64,000 nt of DNA from an uncultured Acidobacteriota bacterium (GCA_963822445.1 CAWGHO010000003.1:1728001-1792000); one strand, 5' to 3'; counted from the stretch's first letter, positions 1 through 12,383 are shown. Notes: a model not told the origin generated them from the letters alone. Made by a program: numbers and translations.

Positions 1-1739
1 CAATGCGTCCTCTTGGCGGCCGTGCCCGCCGCGGCCGGTCCAGGCTTGAAGCGGAACTGCTCCCAGTCGAAGCTCAGCGTCCGCTTGATCCTGCACTCGC
101 CGATGTCGGCAAGGAATGGCGGGAACTCCGGGTAGTCGCCCTTCTCGCCGTCGGGAAACTTGTCGTCGACCGGATCGCCGCAGACGACGAGGTTCACGAG
201 GTTCGGGAACTCGAACGTGCGCGTCTGCCCTGCTTCGACCGTGGGCGCCTGCACCAGCAGGTCGATCCGCCCGCCCGCGACGAGTGTCAGCTGCGCCGCA
301 CCGGTCGTCGCATTGATCGTCTTGAGCGGCTGTTTGTTGTAGTTGTACCGGCTGAACTGCACACCATCTTGTGCGATCTGCCGCCACTCCGGCAGCGTTC
401 CGCCATCCTGAGCGTAGAACGACGCGTTCGGACCGATGTTGTTCTGCACCTGGGCATTCACGATGCGCCACAACTGAATCTCGCCGGGACGCATGACGAT
501 CACCGGCGCGATCTGCGGCAAACGGTTCCCGGCGCTGTCCTTCGCCGTCAGCGTGATCGGCGAGCCGTTCGTCGTCGTGGCCTTTTTCCCGCCCGGGAAC
601 CCGGCGGTGAGCATCAGGTCGTTGATCGCCTCCCAGGTCTGCACGATCATCACCCTCTCCCGCTTCTTCAGATCGGGATAAATCTTCTCCAGATCGCGGT
701 CGTAATCCCCTTCGATGATCAACGCGCCGGCCAGGCCGTTGAGGATGTTGATCGACGTCGAGCCGTGCTTGTGGGCGTGATACCAGTGCGTCCCCGGCGC
801 CTGCCCCATCACGTGTCCCTTGCCTTCGGTGACCTTGAAGCAGTTCGGGTACGCGCCGGAGAAGTACTGCGGCCAGAGACCGGCGGCGACGTCGTCCTCG
901 TTTTTCGGCGCGAGCTGATTCGGCACCGGGAGCACCGATTTGCCATCGACCGGCCCCCGCTTCCCTTTCCAGAGCGCGTTCAGATCGTCTTTGCGAATGG
1001 CCTCCTTCTGCCACTTGCGATACGGCTCGGCCAGGTCGTCCCATCTGGGCGCGTGTTCGTCGTGCTTCGCGCATGCAGCGAAGATCGCGTCGAAATACGG
1101 TTTCACCGTCTTCTCGGTGATCTTGGGATCGGGCCGCACGTGCACGAGGACGTTGTCCGCGAACCCATCCGGCGAGGCGTGGCTGCCGTGGAAATGGAGA
1201 TTCATCGTGCTCGAGGCGTGGAAGCAGTTCGGGAACTTGTCGCCGCGCGTCTTCGGGTACCAGTTCTTGTCGGGCGGGTCGACCGTGGCGTTCGTCGCCT
1301 GATCGCAGCCGTCGGTCCGTCCCGTCTCCGCGTTGTCGATCGTGCCCGCCGGAAACGCGCCGGAGTCGACCTGGTTGAGAAGCGTGATCTCGACGCGCTC
1401 GCCGACCTTCACCCGCAGCGTCGGCCCGGGATTGATGGCGGTCTTGTCTTCCGGCCACACGGCCGGCGTCTCGGCCTGCTGATCGTAGCCTTCGAAATAG
1501 CGCATCATCGGCTGCTGCGAGCCGGAGTATCCGGGAAGAACCTTCAATCCGTTCTTCACCTTGATTACGGCCTTCAACTTCCTGTTCGAGCTGGCGATCT
1601 CGCCGATCCTCGGAAGCGTGTCCGCCGGACACGTTGCGCTGAACGCCGCGCGCGGACCGAGGAGCGCCGCACCGGCGGTGATTGCCGTCGCGCGGGCGAT
1701 GAACTGCCGGCGACTGATCCCCAGATTGCGCGTTTTCAC
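1..1739 (-). CDS. Tat-exported multicopper oxidase family protein (3' end runs off window start)
   Basis: Not in ORF track; hand translation from GTG at 1739 (RBS GGAGG; GTGA overlap with upstream stop) gives MKTRNLGISRRQFIARA (twin-arginine signal), GPTLRVKVGERVEITLLN, NLHFHGSH, GTHWYHAHKHGS, GLAGALIIEG. Confidence 0.85.
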   Translation of the reverse strand, partial: MKTRNLGISRRQFIARATAITAGAALLGPRAAFSATCPADTLPRIGEIASSNRKLKAVIKVKNGLKVLPGYSGSQQPMMRYFEGYDQQAETPAVWPEDKTAINPGPTLRVKVGERVEITLLNQVDSGAFPAGTIDNAETGRTDGCDQATNATVDPPDKNWYPKTRGDKFPNCFHASSTMNLHFHGSHASPDGFADNVLVHVRPDPKITEKTVKPYFDAIFAACAKHDEHAPRWDDLAEPYRKWQKEAIRKDDLNALWKGKRGPVDGKSVLPVPNQLAPKNEDDVAAGLWPQYFSGAYPNCFKVTEGKGHVMGQAPGTHWYHAHKHGSTSINILNGLAGALIIEGDYDRDLEKIYPDLKKRERVMIVQTWEAINDLMLTAGFPGGKKATTTNGSPITLTAKDSAGNRLPQIAPVIVMRPGEIQLWRIVNAQVQNNIGPNASFYAQDGGTLPEWRQIAQDGVQFSRYNYNKQPLKTINATTGAAQLTLVAGGRIDLLVQAPTVEAGQTRTFEFPNLVNLVVCGDPVDDKFPDGEKGDYPEFPPFLADIGECRIKRTLSFDWEQFRFKPGPAAAGTAAKRTH

Positions 1740-2113
1740 TGCGTGCCTCCCTGCGTGTTGGCGGCGGTCACGGCGACCCTGATGGTGCCCGTGGCGTCGT
1801 CGGGATGAAGTCCATCGACGAAGGTGATGCAGACCACGCCGAGGACGCCCGGACACGGCGGATAGGTCACCTCCGTCGACAGCGGCGTGAGCGCCACCGC
1901 CGGCGAGGTCGCCGCCGGATGTCCTTTGACGAATGGCGGCAAGGGATCACTGAGCCAGTAATCCTTCGCTTTCCCCTGCCTCGTCGGCTGGTGTGCTTGA
2001 CGAGGGTCGTGATTGGCCCAGCTGACGAAGTCGCCGGTCGGGTCGAGGGTCACCACGGACGGATCGAAGACGAGTTTTCCGGACGAATCCCGGGAGATCG
2101 TGATCACTGGCAT
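1736..2113 (-). CDS. small cupredoxin-fold-like protein, translationally coupled to the multicopper oxidase
   Basis: VFDPSVVTL..GDFVSWANHD...H pattern resembles cupredoxin N-terminal strands; stop overlaps oxidase start; ATG 2113 chosen over GTG 2134. Confidence 0.5.
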   Translation of the reverse strand: MPVITISRDSSGKLVFDPSVVTLDPTGDFVSWANHDPRQAHQPTRQGKAKDYWLSDPLPPFVKGHPAATSPAVALTPLSTEVTYPPCPGVLGVVCITFVDGLHPDDATGTIRVAVTAANTQGGTQ

Positions 2114-2214
2114 GGCCGAACCTCCGTGCCGCAAGTTGTGGGGAGAGGGACTCGGCGAGTCTGCGCGCGGAAGAGTCCGAATGCAAGTAATGTTGGCATC
2201 CGGACCGGCCCTTC

Positions 2215-4581
2215 ATGACCTCTCTCACTTCACTTCAGGTTCTCGAATTCGACCGCGTGCTCGCGCTGGTGTCGATGGAGGCCAAGAGCGCGCCCGGCAA
2301 AGACGCCGTCGCGCAACGGCGTCCGTTGTCCTCGGTGGAAGCGTGCGAAAACGCGCAGGGGAATCTCGGCGAGATGGTCCGCTTCTACCACGCGGAAGGT
2401 CTGCTTCCGCTGGCCGGCCTCGACGATCTCGGCCCGCTCTTCAATCGCGAAACGGTCCTCGAGCTCGACGAGTCGTGGCATGTCGTGCGCGCCGTGCGAG
2501 CGACGCAGGCCATGCGCGAAGCACTGCTTCGCAGCGACGGCTACATGCGCCTCGCCGCGATCGCCAACACGATCCCCGACCACGGCGAGCTCCTGGCCAA
2601 AACCAACAAGTACTTCACCCGCGAGGGCAAGCTGCGCGAGGAAGCGTCCGCGGAACTGCGCGCGATCCGCAGCAAGGTCCACGCGAAGCGGAACGCGATT
2701 CAGAAAACGCTCAACGACGTGATGAATCGCAGCGCGGACGCGATCCAGGAGCCGCTGATCGTCATGCGCGGCGATCGCTACTGCATCCCCGTGCGCAGCG
2801 ATCATCGCAACGCGGTGCAAGGCATCCTGCACGAGCGATCCGGCTCGGGCGCGTCGTTCTTCATCGAGCCGATGGCGGCGATCGAGTTGAACAACGACCT
2901 CGCCGACCTGCTCATTCAGGAGCGCGAAGAAATCGCCCGCATCACGCGCTTCGTCTCGCAGACGCTCTTCGAGAAACGCGACGAGATCCTCGGCGCGATC
3001 GACGTGGCCGGTGAGCTCGACGCCCTGCAGGCCTGCGCGATCTTTCACGACACGATTCGCGGAACGCGACCCTCGTTCAGCACGCAACGCGAGCTGCACA
3101 TCCTCGACGGACGTCATCCGCTGCTCGACGAGCGACTCGCGGCGTTACGACAGGAAGCATTCGACGAAGAACCGAGCGACCGCACCATCGTGCCGCTCAC
3201 GATCGCGCTCGATGGCGAGCGCTCCGCGTTCGTGGTCAGCGGTCCGAACGCCGGCGGCAAGACGGTCGCGCTCAAGACCGCGGGGCTCCTCGTGGCGATG
3301 GGCATGAGCGGATTGCCGGTTCCGGCCGCGGAAGGAACGGTCCTCCCCTGCGTCGACGCGCTGCACGTGCTGATCGGCGACGATCAGAGCGTCCTTGAAC
3401 ACCTGTCCACGTTCTCGGCGTATCTGACGCGGCTCAAAGTGATCCTGAATCGCGCCACGTCGAAGTCACTGGTGCTGCTCGACGAGCTCGGATCAGGCAC
3501 CGATCCGGAGGAAGGAGCGGCGCTGGCCGCGTCGGTAATCGAGCACCTTTTGGGTATCGGCTCTCTGATCATCGTCACGACCCACCTCTCCGCGCTGAAA
3601 AGCTTCGCCGTCAACGACTCGCACATCGTCAACGCCTCGATGGAGTTCGACAGCGCCACGGCGCTTCCGACCTATCGGATGATCACCGGCATCCCCGGCC
3701 GCTCGCGGGCGATCGAGGTGGCGAAGATGATTGGCCTGCCCGACTCGATCATCGCCTCGGCAAAGGAACGCCTCGGCGAACGGTACGGCGAGACCGATCA
3801 CCTGCTGGCCACGCTGCAGAAGAAGATGTCCGAGGTCGTTGCGCAGCAGGACGAGATCCTCGGCGTTCGCAAGAATCTGGAGAGCGATCGCCGCACGATG
3901 CAGGAGAAGGCAGACGCGCTGGAAAAAGAACGCCTCCGCCTCGGCACGTCCTACCGCGAAGAGCTCGAGCGGCTGCGCGACGACGTCACCCGCCAGCTCA
4001 CCAACGAGATCAAGAATCTGCGCGAGGCCGATCGCGCCGCGCGAGCATCGGTGAACGCGGCCGAGATCCTGCGCACGGTCACCAAGCCTGTCGAAAAAGC
4101 GATGGAGTTCATCCCCGCCGAACAGCGCGACATCCGCGTCGGCGAAAAGGCGGAGCATCGCAAGTTCAAGGTCGTCGGCGAGGTCGTGTCGGTCGATGGG
4201 AAGAAAGCGGTCATCAACGTCAGCGGCAGGAAGATGACTGTCGATCTGAACGATCTCGTGCCGAAAGGCGGCCCCTCACCTACCGCGAAATCGAAAGTGC
4301 GTCCCGCTGAAACGTCCAGCGACATCACGCCGGCAATTGCCGCGGAGCTGAATCTCATCGGCCAGCGAGTCGATGACGCGCTCGATGAGTCGGACAAATT
4401 CCTCGATCGCGCGCTCCTCGAAGGCAAAGCCGCGGTCCGCATCATCCACGGCTTCGGCACCGGCACCTTGCGCAAGGCCATCCGCGAGCATCTCCGCAAG
4501 CACCCCGCGGTGAAGTCCTGGCGGCCGGGCGCGGACAATGAAGGCGGCGATGGAGCGACGATTGCGGTGCTCGATGCGTAA
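2215..4581 (+). CDS. mutS2: endonuclease MutS2 (MutS ATPase + C-terminal Smr domain)
   Basis: GRHPLL, SGPNAGGKT Walker A, IGDDQS..LSTFS, LLDELGSGTDP, TTH, C-terminal ELNLIGQRV...IIHGFGTGTLR...EGGDGAT. Confidence 0.95.
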   Translation: MTSLTSLQVLEFDRVLALVSMEAKSAPGKDAVAQRRPLSSVEACENAQGNLGEMVRFYHAEGLLPLAGLDDLGPLFNRETVLELDESWHVVRAVRATQAMREALLRSDGYMRLAAIANTIPDHGELLAKTNKYFTREGKLREEASAELRAIRSKVHAKRNAIQKTLNDVMNRSADAIQEPLIVMRGDRYCIPVRSDHRNAVQGILHERSGSGASFFIEPMAAIELNNDLADLLIQEREEIARITRFVSQTLFEKRDEILGAIDVAGELDALQACAIFHDTIRGTRPSFSTQRELHILDGRHPLLDERLAALRQEAFDEEPSDRTIVPLTIALDGERSAFVVSGPNAGGKTVALKTAGLLVAMGMSGLPVPAAEGTVLPCVDALHVLIGDDQSVLEHLSTFSAYLTRLKVILNRATSKSLVLLDELGSGTDPEEGAALAASVIEHLLGIGSLIIVTTHLSALKSFAVNDSHIVNASMEFDSATALPTYRMITGIPGRSRAIEVAKMIGLPDSIIASAKERLGERYGETDHLLATLQKKMSEVVAQQDEILGVRKNLESDRRTMQEKADALEKERLRLGTSYREELERLRDDVTRQLTNEIKNLREADRAARASVNAAEILRTVTKPVEKAMEFIPAEQRDIRVGEKAEHRKFKVVGEVVSVDGKKAVINVSGRKMTVDLNDLVPKGGPSPTAKSKVRPAETSSDITPAIAAELNLIGQRVDDALDESDKFLDRALLEGKAAVRIIHGFGTGTLRKAIREHLRKHPAVKSWRPGADNEGGDGATIAVLDA

Positions 4582-4583
4582 CT

Positions 4584-4616
4584 CCTTCTGCCTTCTGCCT
4601 TCTGCTTTCTGCTTTC
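4584..4616. repeat. intergenic heptamer tandem repeat (CYTTCTG)x4.7
   Basis: CCTTCTG CCTTCTG CCTTCTG CTTTCTG CTTTC fills almost the whole mutS2-dnaG spacer. Confidence 0.85.
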
Positions 4617-4620
4617 GAAC

Positions 4621-6363
4621 ATGGCCTTCGTAGATCTCAACGACACGGTGATCGCCCAAGTCCGCCAATCGGCGGACATCGTCGAGTTCGTCCAGCAGGT
4701 CACGCCGCTCAAGCTCGCGGGCAAGAGCTACAAAGGCCTCTGCCCGTTTCATCGCGAGAAATCGCCTTCGTTTCACGTCGATCGCGACAAGGGCCTCTTC
4801 TACTGCTTCGGGTGCGGTACGGGAGGCGACATCTTCAAGTTCCTCGTTCTCACCGAGCGATTCACCTTCCCTGAGGCCGTGGAGCATGTCGCCGGACGGG
4901 TCGGGATCGAGTTGCCGAAACGCCGCAAGACCGCGCGCGAAAACGACAAGGACGATCTCCTCGGTGTCATCGACGATGCGTCCGAGGCCTTTCATCAGGC
5001 GCTGGGGTGGACGCCGAATGCGGCGGACGAGTATCTGAAGCAGCGGGGCGTTTCGAAGGAGATCATCACCAAGTACGGGTTCGGATTCGCCCCCGATTCC
5101 TGGGACTACATCCTCCGCCGCCTCGGCCAGAAGCACGGCGAGAAGCGGCTCGAGGCCGTCGGGCTCGTGCAGCCACGGAAGGAAAAGAGCGGCTTCTACG
5201 ATCGTTTCCGCAACCGGCTGATGATTCCCATCCACTCCGATACCGGCGCGCTGGTGGGATTCGGCGGCCGATCGCTGGACGGAACCGAGCCGAAATATCT
5301 GAACTCTCCTGAATCAGAGCTCTTCAACAAATCGCGGCTCCTCTACAACCTCCATCGGAGCAAGGATGCGATGCGGCGATACGACCGGGCCATTCTGGTC
5401 GAGGGGTACTTCGACGCCATCGCCATCGATCACGCCGGTGTGCCGGGAGTGGTCGCGTCGATGGGCACGTCCCTGACGACCGGCCAGGCCTCGCTGCTGC
5501 GGCGGTACACGCGACGGATCGTTCTCGCCTACGACAGCGACAACGCCGGCCGCAATGCGACTCTGCGGGCCGCGCCGATCCTCTTGTCGGCCGGACTGCA
5601 CGTGGAAGCGCTCGATCTGCAGGGCGAGAAGGATCCCGACTCGCTGATTCAGAAACATGGAACGGACAAGTTCCTGGATGTGCTGTCCCACGCCATCGAC
5701 GTCTTCGAGTTCGGCCTCCGCGAATGGGCCTCGGACGCGGCGCAACTTTCCGGCAGGGAGAAATCGGAGCGGGTCGAGCAGTTCATGCCTCTGCTGTCAG
5801 CAGTCACCGACCCGGTGGTGCGGAACGAAGCCGCGCAACGCATCGCCGACGCCTTCCGGCTGGAGTTCGAAACCGTCTGGTCGCGCGTTCGCGGGAAGGC
5901 CACCACGGCGGCGCCCACTGAGCGGCAGCAGTCAGCGCCGCAGAGCACGGGCGAGAAGTTCGTGTTGATTGCCGCGCTTCAGGGACGGCTGACGGAAGAC
6001 CACATCGGGAGGCTTCGGGAGGAGTACTTCGAGGACCCGGCGTGCAAAACGGTCTTTTCTATCATAAAAAGTGACCTCGCGAGCGGACGCCCCATTGATT
6101 TTGCGCAAGTCGCGACCCATCTTAGGGGCGAGGCTGAGCTGACGCTCCTCTCCGAACTGAGCCTCACCGAAGAGCTTGACGATCCACAACTTCAGCGTCT
6201 CGACGAGAACCTGGTCCCCATGGAACGGGCCTACCTCGATCGTCGGCAGATCCAGCTCCAGCGAGACTTCCAGGAGGCACTCCGTTCCGGCGACGAAAAG
6301 CGCGCCGATCAGCTCGCGGTTGAGAAGAACGACCTCGCCCGTATGTTGCGCTCCCTGAAATAA
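4621..6363 (+). CDS. dnaG: DNA primase
   Basis: CHC2 zinc finger CPFH...FYCFGC, YDRFRNRLMIPI, GFGGR, PKYLNSPE, Toprim LVEGYFD and AYDSDNAG. Confidence 0.97.
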   Translation: MAFVDLNDTVIAQVRQSADIVEFVQQVTPLKLAGKSYKGLCPFHREKSPSFHVDRDKGLFYCFGCGTGGDIFKFLVLTERFTFPEAVEHVAGRVGIELPKRRKTARENDKDDLLGVIDDASEAFHQALGWTPNAADEYLKQRGVSKEIITKYGFGFAPDSWDYILRRLGQKHGEKRLEAVGLVQPRKEKSGFYDRFRNRLMIPIHSDTGALVGFGGRSLDGTEPKYLNSPESELFNKSRLLYNLHRSKDAMRRYDRAILVEGYFDAIAIDHAGVPGVVASMGTSLTTGQASLLRRYTRRIVLAYDSDNAGRNATLRAAPILLSAGLHVEALDLQGEKDPDSLIQKHGTDKFLDVLSHAIDVFEFGLREWASDAAQLSGREKSERVEQFMPLLSAVTDPVVRNEAAQRIADAFRLEFETVWSRVRGKATTAAPTERQQSAPQSTGEKFVLIAALQGRLTEDHIGRLREEYFEDPACKTVFSIIKSDLASGRPIDFAQVATHLRGEAELTLLSELSLTEELDDPQLQRLDENLVPMERAYLDRRQIQLQRDFQEALRSGDEKRADQLAVEKNDLARMLRSLK

Positions 6364-6518
6364 TTATCGTCACCCATCGATTACGCGGATGTCCTCTGGA
6401 CGATACTTTGGAAGGCTTGTCAACCCCACCCGTTTGACCATCCTGCCAAGGCCTCGTTCGAAGGCCTCGAGTGCCCAGAAGAGTGGAAAGAGCTGCCCGA
6501 TTGCGAGGAGCCAAAACG

Positions 6519-8343
<1,825 letters not shown>

Positions 8344-8357
<14 letters not shown>

Positions 8358-9042
8358 GACACTCAGGGCGGCCTTCACGGCCGCCCTTTTCATCACCCTT
8401 CCCCTCTTCGCGGCCCAGCCCTATCACCTCGAGCTGGAAGCCTCGCCCGGGGCGGTGTTCCCGTACCTGGGCCGCTTCGGCGACGTCGAGCTGCACGTAT
8501 ACGAAGGCGGTGTTCGTGCGGAAGCGCTCTGGTTGAACAGCTTCAGCCGCAACGGCGAGCCCCACGTGACCGTGGTCAATCCGCTGGCCCGGATGTACGT
8601 CGAGTTGCCGATCGCCGACATCACGTCGACCCTGCGCAGGCTCGGCGGGTCGGACGCAGAGATCGAGCAGAAGGCCGTGCCTTCCGGCGTGCTGATGGCC
8701 AAAGGCAAGGTCGGTACACATGACGCGATGCGTCACCGCCTGCCCTATGGCCCCGAGGCGTGGATCGATGTCTGGACCACGCACGAGATTCCCGAGAACC
8801 CGCAACTGCGCCGCATCGTGAACGCGATGCTCGAAGGCATCTCCCCCGGCACGGCGCGTTATGCAGCGAAGTTCCAAGGAACGCCGATCCTCGTCGAGCT
8901 CAACTTCCGCCGCTTCAAGAAAGTGCGGTTGCTGAAACTGAAGAAGCTGACCATGGCCGCGGACGACGAGAAGGACGCCCTGACGCTCGGCTCGATGTAC
9001 ATGCGCGCGACGGTCCTCGAGAAGTTGTTCGAGAAGAAGTAG
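8344..9042 (+). CDS. exported hypothetical protein (possibly DUF4412-like)
   Basis: ATG 8344 overlapping rpoD end gives signal peptide [23 protein letters not shown]; host-like codon usage. Confidence 0.65.
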
Positions 9043-9050
9043 CGCCAGCT

Positions 9051-9136
9051 CTGGACTGCGGCAGCCGAACTGCCGCTCTCAACGCGGCGGCATCGTCGCC
9101 GCAAGCCAGAGCGGTAGCTGCGCTACCGCAGTCCAG
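9051..9136. repeat. REP-like inverted-repeat element, family A (CTGGACTGCGG...CCGCAGTCCAG)
   Basis: Terminal inverted repeats with internal hairpins, between convergent genes; second copy at 56796-56891, half copy at 30335. Confidence 0.8.
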
Positions 9137-9149
9137 TGGACCGTTGACG

Positions 9150-9449
9150 CTATCGGCGCGGAAGCGACGACAACGTCGCGCGAAGGTCGGTGAACTCTTC
9201 CTTCATCTCGTCGCGGAGGCGGTCGACGCGATCGTTCACCGTCATGACACCTTCGGCGACGAGCTCGATCTTGTGGTTGAGGCCTTCCGCGACCACATCG
9301 AAATGGCGTTGTGATTGCTCGGCCATCCGTTCAGTGTGCTCGCGCGCCTTTTCCGCCAGCGCCTCGGCATGTCGCCGGGTCTCCGCAATCTCATCGCGCA
9401 AACCCGTGAGCGCACCCTCGACGACCCGCTTCAGATCCGTTTCGTCCAT
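9150..9449 (-). CDS. small coiled-coil hypothetical protein
   Basis: 99 aa helical heptad pattern (HFDVVAEGLNHKIELVAEGV), ATG at 9449, 10 nt after the kinase stop. Confidence 0.6.
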   Translation of the reverse strand: MDETDLKRVVEGALTGLRDEIAETRRHAEALAEKAREHTERMAEQSQRHFDVVAEGLNHKIELVAEGVMTVNDRVDRLRDEMKEEFTDLRATLSSLPRR

Positions 9450-9459
9450 CGCGTCAATT

Positions 9460-12264
9460 CTACGCCGCCTGCGCGGCCGCCGGAATCTGCACCCGATCCA
9501 GATCCGCGAGCAGCGCACCTGCATCGGCGTAGCGCGTTTTCGGGTCTTTGGTCAGGCACTTCATCACGATGCCGTTGACCTCGCGGCCGATGTCGGGGCG
9601 CGCGTCGATCGGTGGCTTCGCCGCTTCGGTGATGTGCGCGGTCAGGACGCCGGTGAGCGATGACGACTCGAACGGGCGGCGGCCGACGAGCATCTCGTAG
9701 ATCAGCACGCCCATCGAATAAACGTCGCTGCGGGGATCGAGCTGTTTGCCCTGCACCTGCTCGGGGCTCATGTAGTGCGGCGTTCCGATGATCAGCCCTG
9801 CCTGGGTCATGGCCTCGGGCGTCTCGGCCATGCGCGCGATCCCGAAATCCATCAGCTTCACTTCGCCCTTCGCGTCGATGAGCACGTTGCCCGGCTTGAT
9901 GTCGCGGTGGATGATCCCCTGCTCGTGCGCGGCGTGCAGTCCGCGGCAGATCTGACGGGAGATGCCCACCGCGGCGCGCGCAGGCATCTGCCGGTTCGGC
10001 GCTTCCTCGAGCAGCTCGCTGAGCGTGTAGCCGCGCACGAACTCCATGCTGATGAAGTACACGCCCTCGGCCTGTCCGTAGTCGTACGTGCGCAGGACGT
10101 TGCGGTGGGTGATCTTGCGCGCCAGACGGATCTCGCGCTTGAAACGCTCCAGATCTTCCGGCGACCTGGTCATCACGTCGCCGGGCAGGGTCTTGATGGC
10201 CACGGTCTCGTCGAGCTGCGAGTCGACGGCTTTGTAGACGACGCCCATGCCGCCGCGGCCGAGGATCTGCTCGATCTTGTAGCGCTCGGCGAAGAGGTGT
10301 CCGAGCGGCAGATCGGCATACGGAGCTTGCGGAGCGGTGACACCGGCCGCGGTCGCGTCCATCTTCAGCGTCGCGCCCTCGGACATCGTTCCGCCCATCG
10401 AGCGCATCATCCCTGTCGTCACGCTGACCAGCGGCAGAGACGCAACCGGCAGCGGCTGCGCGAGCCACTTGAGGCGGACTTCCTCGCGCGTCGACGAGCT
10501 CAAAACCTCGCTGCCGGCCGACTGCGCGGTTTCGTAGGAAACGTAGGCGTACCCGTTCGGCGCGTGCCACGCGAAGAGCAGCGCAAGGAGCGGCGCATCG
10601 CCGATGATGGCCAGTCCCGACTCGTTCTCCAGCGACACGGATCCGGTCACGAACTCGCCGGTCGCGATCCCGATGCCAATCGACATCGGCGTGCTCGCAC
10701 CGAACTGCAGCGCGAGCTCCTCGTTGATCGCCCGCGCCGCGCGGATGGCGTGAATGATTCCGCGGTCGCCGCGGAAAACCGAAACGAGCCGATGTCCGTC
10801 CAGCTCGCGCACCGAGCCGTCCTGGCGAATGACTTCCGCCTGCTGGATGCGCATGGCCCGCTCGACGGTGGCGATCACAGTCTCGGCGTCGCTCTCACCG
10901 ACAGAGGAGAGGCCACGGAGGTCGGTCACCAGGATCGTCCCCTCATCCCGCTTCGCCGCTTCGGGAGGTTTCGCCGCCGGAACATCCTCGGCCTTCTCGG
11001 CCATGTCGGCGTAGAGCTGCTCGAGCTCGGCCTTGTCGCGGAGCGAATTCATCATCTTTCCGAACGAGCGGCCGAGGATTCCGACTTCGTCGTTGCGGTC
11101 GCTGGGAGGATCGACGGAGTAGTCGCCCGCGGTCACGGCCTGGGCGATCCCCGCGAGCTGCTCGATCGGCCGGGTCACGCGCTTGGCGATCAGCCACGAC
11201 AGCAGAAACGCCAGCAGCAACGCAACGCCGCCGCCGATGAGCATGGCGTTCTCGATCTCGCGGAATGGCGCGAGCTCGCGGTCGAGCGAGCGGAGGAAGA
11301 TCGCCGAACCGACGACGTCCCGTCCGGATACGAGCGGCTCGGTGGTGAAGATGTAGCGGCTCTGATCGACGGTCGTCTCGGACGTCTTCTCCTGCGGCAG
11401 GCTCTGAGGCGAAACGCTGGGCGCCTCGGCAGACCGGACGGTCATCGACTCCGCCCCCTTGGTCCCGAAGACCACGCCGGCATTCGTCGATTCGGCGATG
11501 CGGTTGGCGAAGGTCTCGTCGATGGCGAACGCGTTCACGAGATAGCCGATGCGCACGCCGCGCGGGCCGGCACCGATCGGAGCGACCGCGGCGTGGAAGA
11601 GCTTGTTGCCGAGGCGAAGAACGCCGGATGTGCGTGCGACCGAGGCGTCGTCGACGATCTGCTTGACCAGAGGAGTCTGGTTGTAAAGATCCTCCTTCGA
11701 CGCCGAGGCGACCATCGGGTCGTCCGTTCGGGCCACGAGGACGCCCTGGTCGTCGAGGAGCATCATCACGTCGACACCGAGACGGGTTCGCTGCTCGCCG
11801 AGGGTGTCGTTGATGCTTACGAGGTCGATGGCACGGGGGGCCGGTTCGGTTGGGACAGCCGCAGCCGGTTCGGGAGTCGCGGCCGGCGCCGCCGGATCAG
11901 CAGGCGCGGGCTCCGTGGCGGCCGCGGGCTCGCCCTCGATCGCGGCCTGAATGTAGGCCACGAAATTCGGATCGCTGCCCATGATCCCGGTGACGCTCTC
12001 CAGCCCCTTCAAGCGATCCGCCTCGAACTGCTTGAAGAGCTTGGCCGCGCTGGTGATCGACTTGTTGACCGAGGTCTGGGCGACCTGGTTCGCGCGCTGG
12101 ATGGTGATGGCGACGGCGACGGCGACGACGATCACGATGAGAACGGCGGTCAGCCCGAACAGCTTGAGGACCAGCGGGAACCGCGGCCGCTCCACCGCGT
12201 ACTCCTTCTTCTTCGGCAGCTCGCGGTCGGCGACGGTGACGGGATCCAGTGTTTGGTCAGTCAC
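9460..12264 (-). CDS. transmembrane Ser/Thr kinase: TM - extracytoplasmic sensor - TM - HAMP - degenerate class III cyclase-like domain - kinase
   Basis: GTG 12264 with AAGGAG RBS; two TM helices; HAMP (RVTRPIEQLA..GDY..DEVGILGRSF); GTILVTDLRG and IGIGIATGE cyclase-like motifs; kinase LGRGGMGVVYKA, VAIK, HRDIKPGN, DFG, GTPHYMSPEQ. Confidence 0.9.
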   Translation of the reverse strand: MTDQTLDPVTVADRELPKKKEYAVERPRFPLVLKLFGLTAVLIVIVVAVAVAITIQRANQVAQTSVNKSITSAAKLFKQFEADRLKGLESVTGIMGSDPNFVAYIQAAIEGEPAAATEPAPADPAAPAATPEPAAAVPTEPAPRAIDLVSINDTLGEQRTRLGVDVMMLLDDQGVLVARTDDPMVASASKEDLYNQTPLVKQIVDDASVARTSGVLRLGNKLFHAAVAPIGAGPRGVRIGYLVNAFAIDETFANRIAESTNAGVVFGTKGAESMTVRSAEAPSVSPQSLPQEKTSETTVDQSRYIFTTEPLVSGRDVVGSAIFLRSLDRELAPFREIENAMLIGGGVALLLAFLLSWLIAKRVTRPIEQLAGIAQAVTAGDYSVDPPSDRNDEVGILGRSFGKMMNSLRDKAELEQLYADMAEKAEDVPAAKPPEAAKRDEGTILVTDLRGLSSVGESDAETVIATVERAMRIQQAEVIRQDGSVRELDGHRLVSVFRGDRGIIHAIRAARAINEELALQFGASTPMSIGIGIATGEFVTGSVSLENESGLAIIGDAPLLALLFAWHAPNGYAYVSYETAQSAGSEVLSSSTREEVRLKWLAQPLPVASLPLVSVTTGMMRSMGGTMSEGATLKMDATAAGVTAPQAPYADLPLGHLFAERYKIEQILGRGGMGVVYKAVDSQLDETVAIKTLPGDVMTRSPEDLERFKREIRLARKITHRNVLRTYDYGQAEGVYFISMEFVRGYTLSELLEEAPNRQMPARAAVGISRQICRGLHAAHEQGIIHRDIKPGNVLIDAKGEVKLMDFGIARMAETPEAMTQAGLIIGTPHYMSPEQVQGKQLDPRSDVYSMGVLIYEMLVGRRPFESSSLTGVLTAHITEAAKPPIDARPDIGREVNGIVMKCLTKDPKTRYADAGALLADLDRVQIPAAAQAA

Positions 12265-12290
12265 GCGGGTTGGGCGCTCCTTGTTTTCAC

Positions 12291-12383
12291 GGTTGCGGGG
12301 TTTCGGGGTTGCGGGGTTTCGCGGTTGCTGGGAGCCCAGAACCCGGCCACCCCGAAACCTCGAAACTCCGCGACCCCGAAACG
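12291..12383. repeat. inverted array of octamer repeats (GGTTKCGG x5 / CCGAAACC-like x5)
   Basis: GGTTGCGG GGTTTCGG GGTTGCGG GGTTTCGC GGTTGCTG followed by complementary octamers; can form a long hairpin. Confidence 0.8.

Noticed and set aside
3-1808. 601-aa + strand ORF
   Set aside because: Antisense shadow of the multicopper oxidase; Arg-rich with no motifs
12291-12383. Possible CRISPR array (also 49977-50057)
   Set aside because: Units are 8 bp with no spacers, and no cas genes are present
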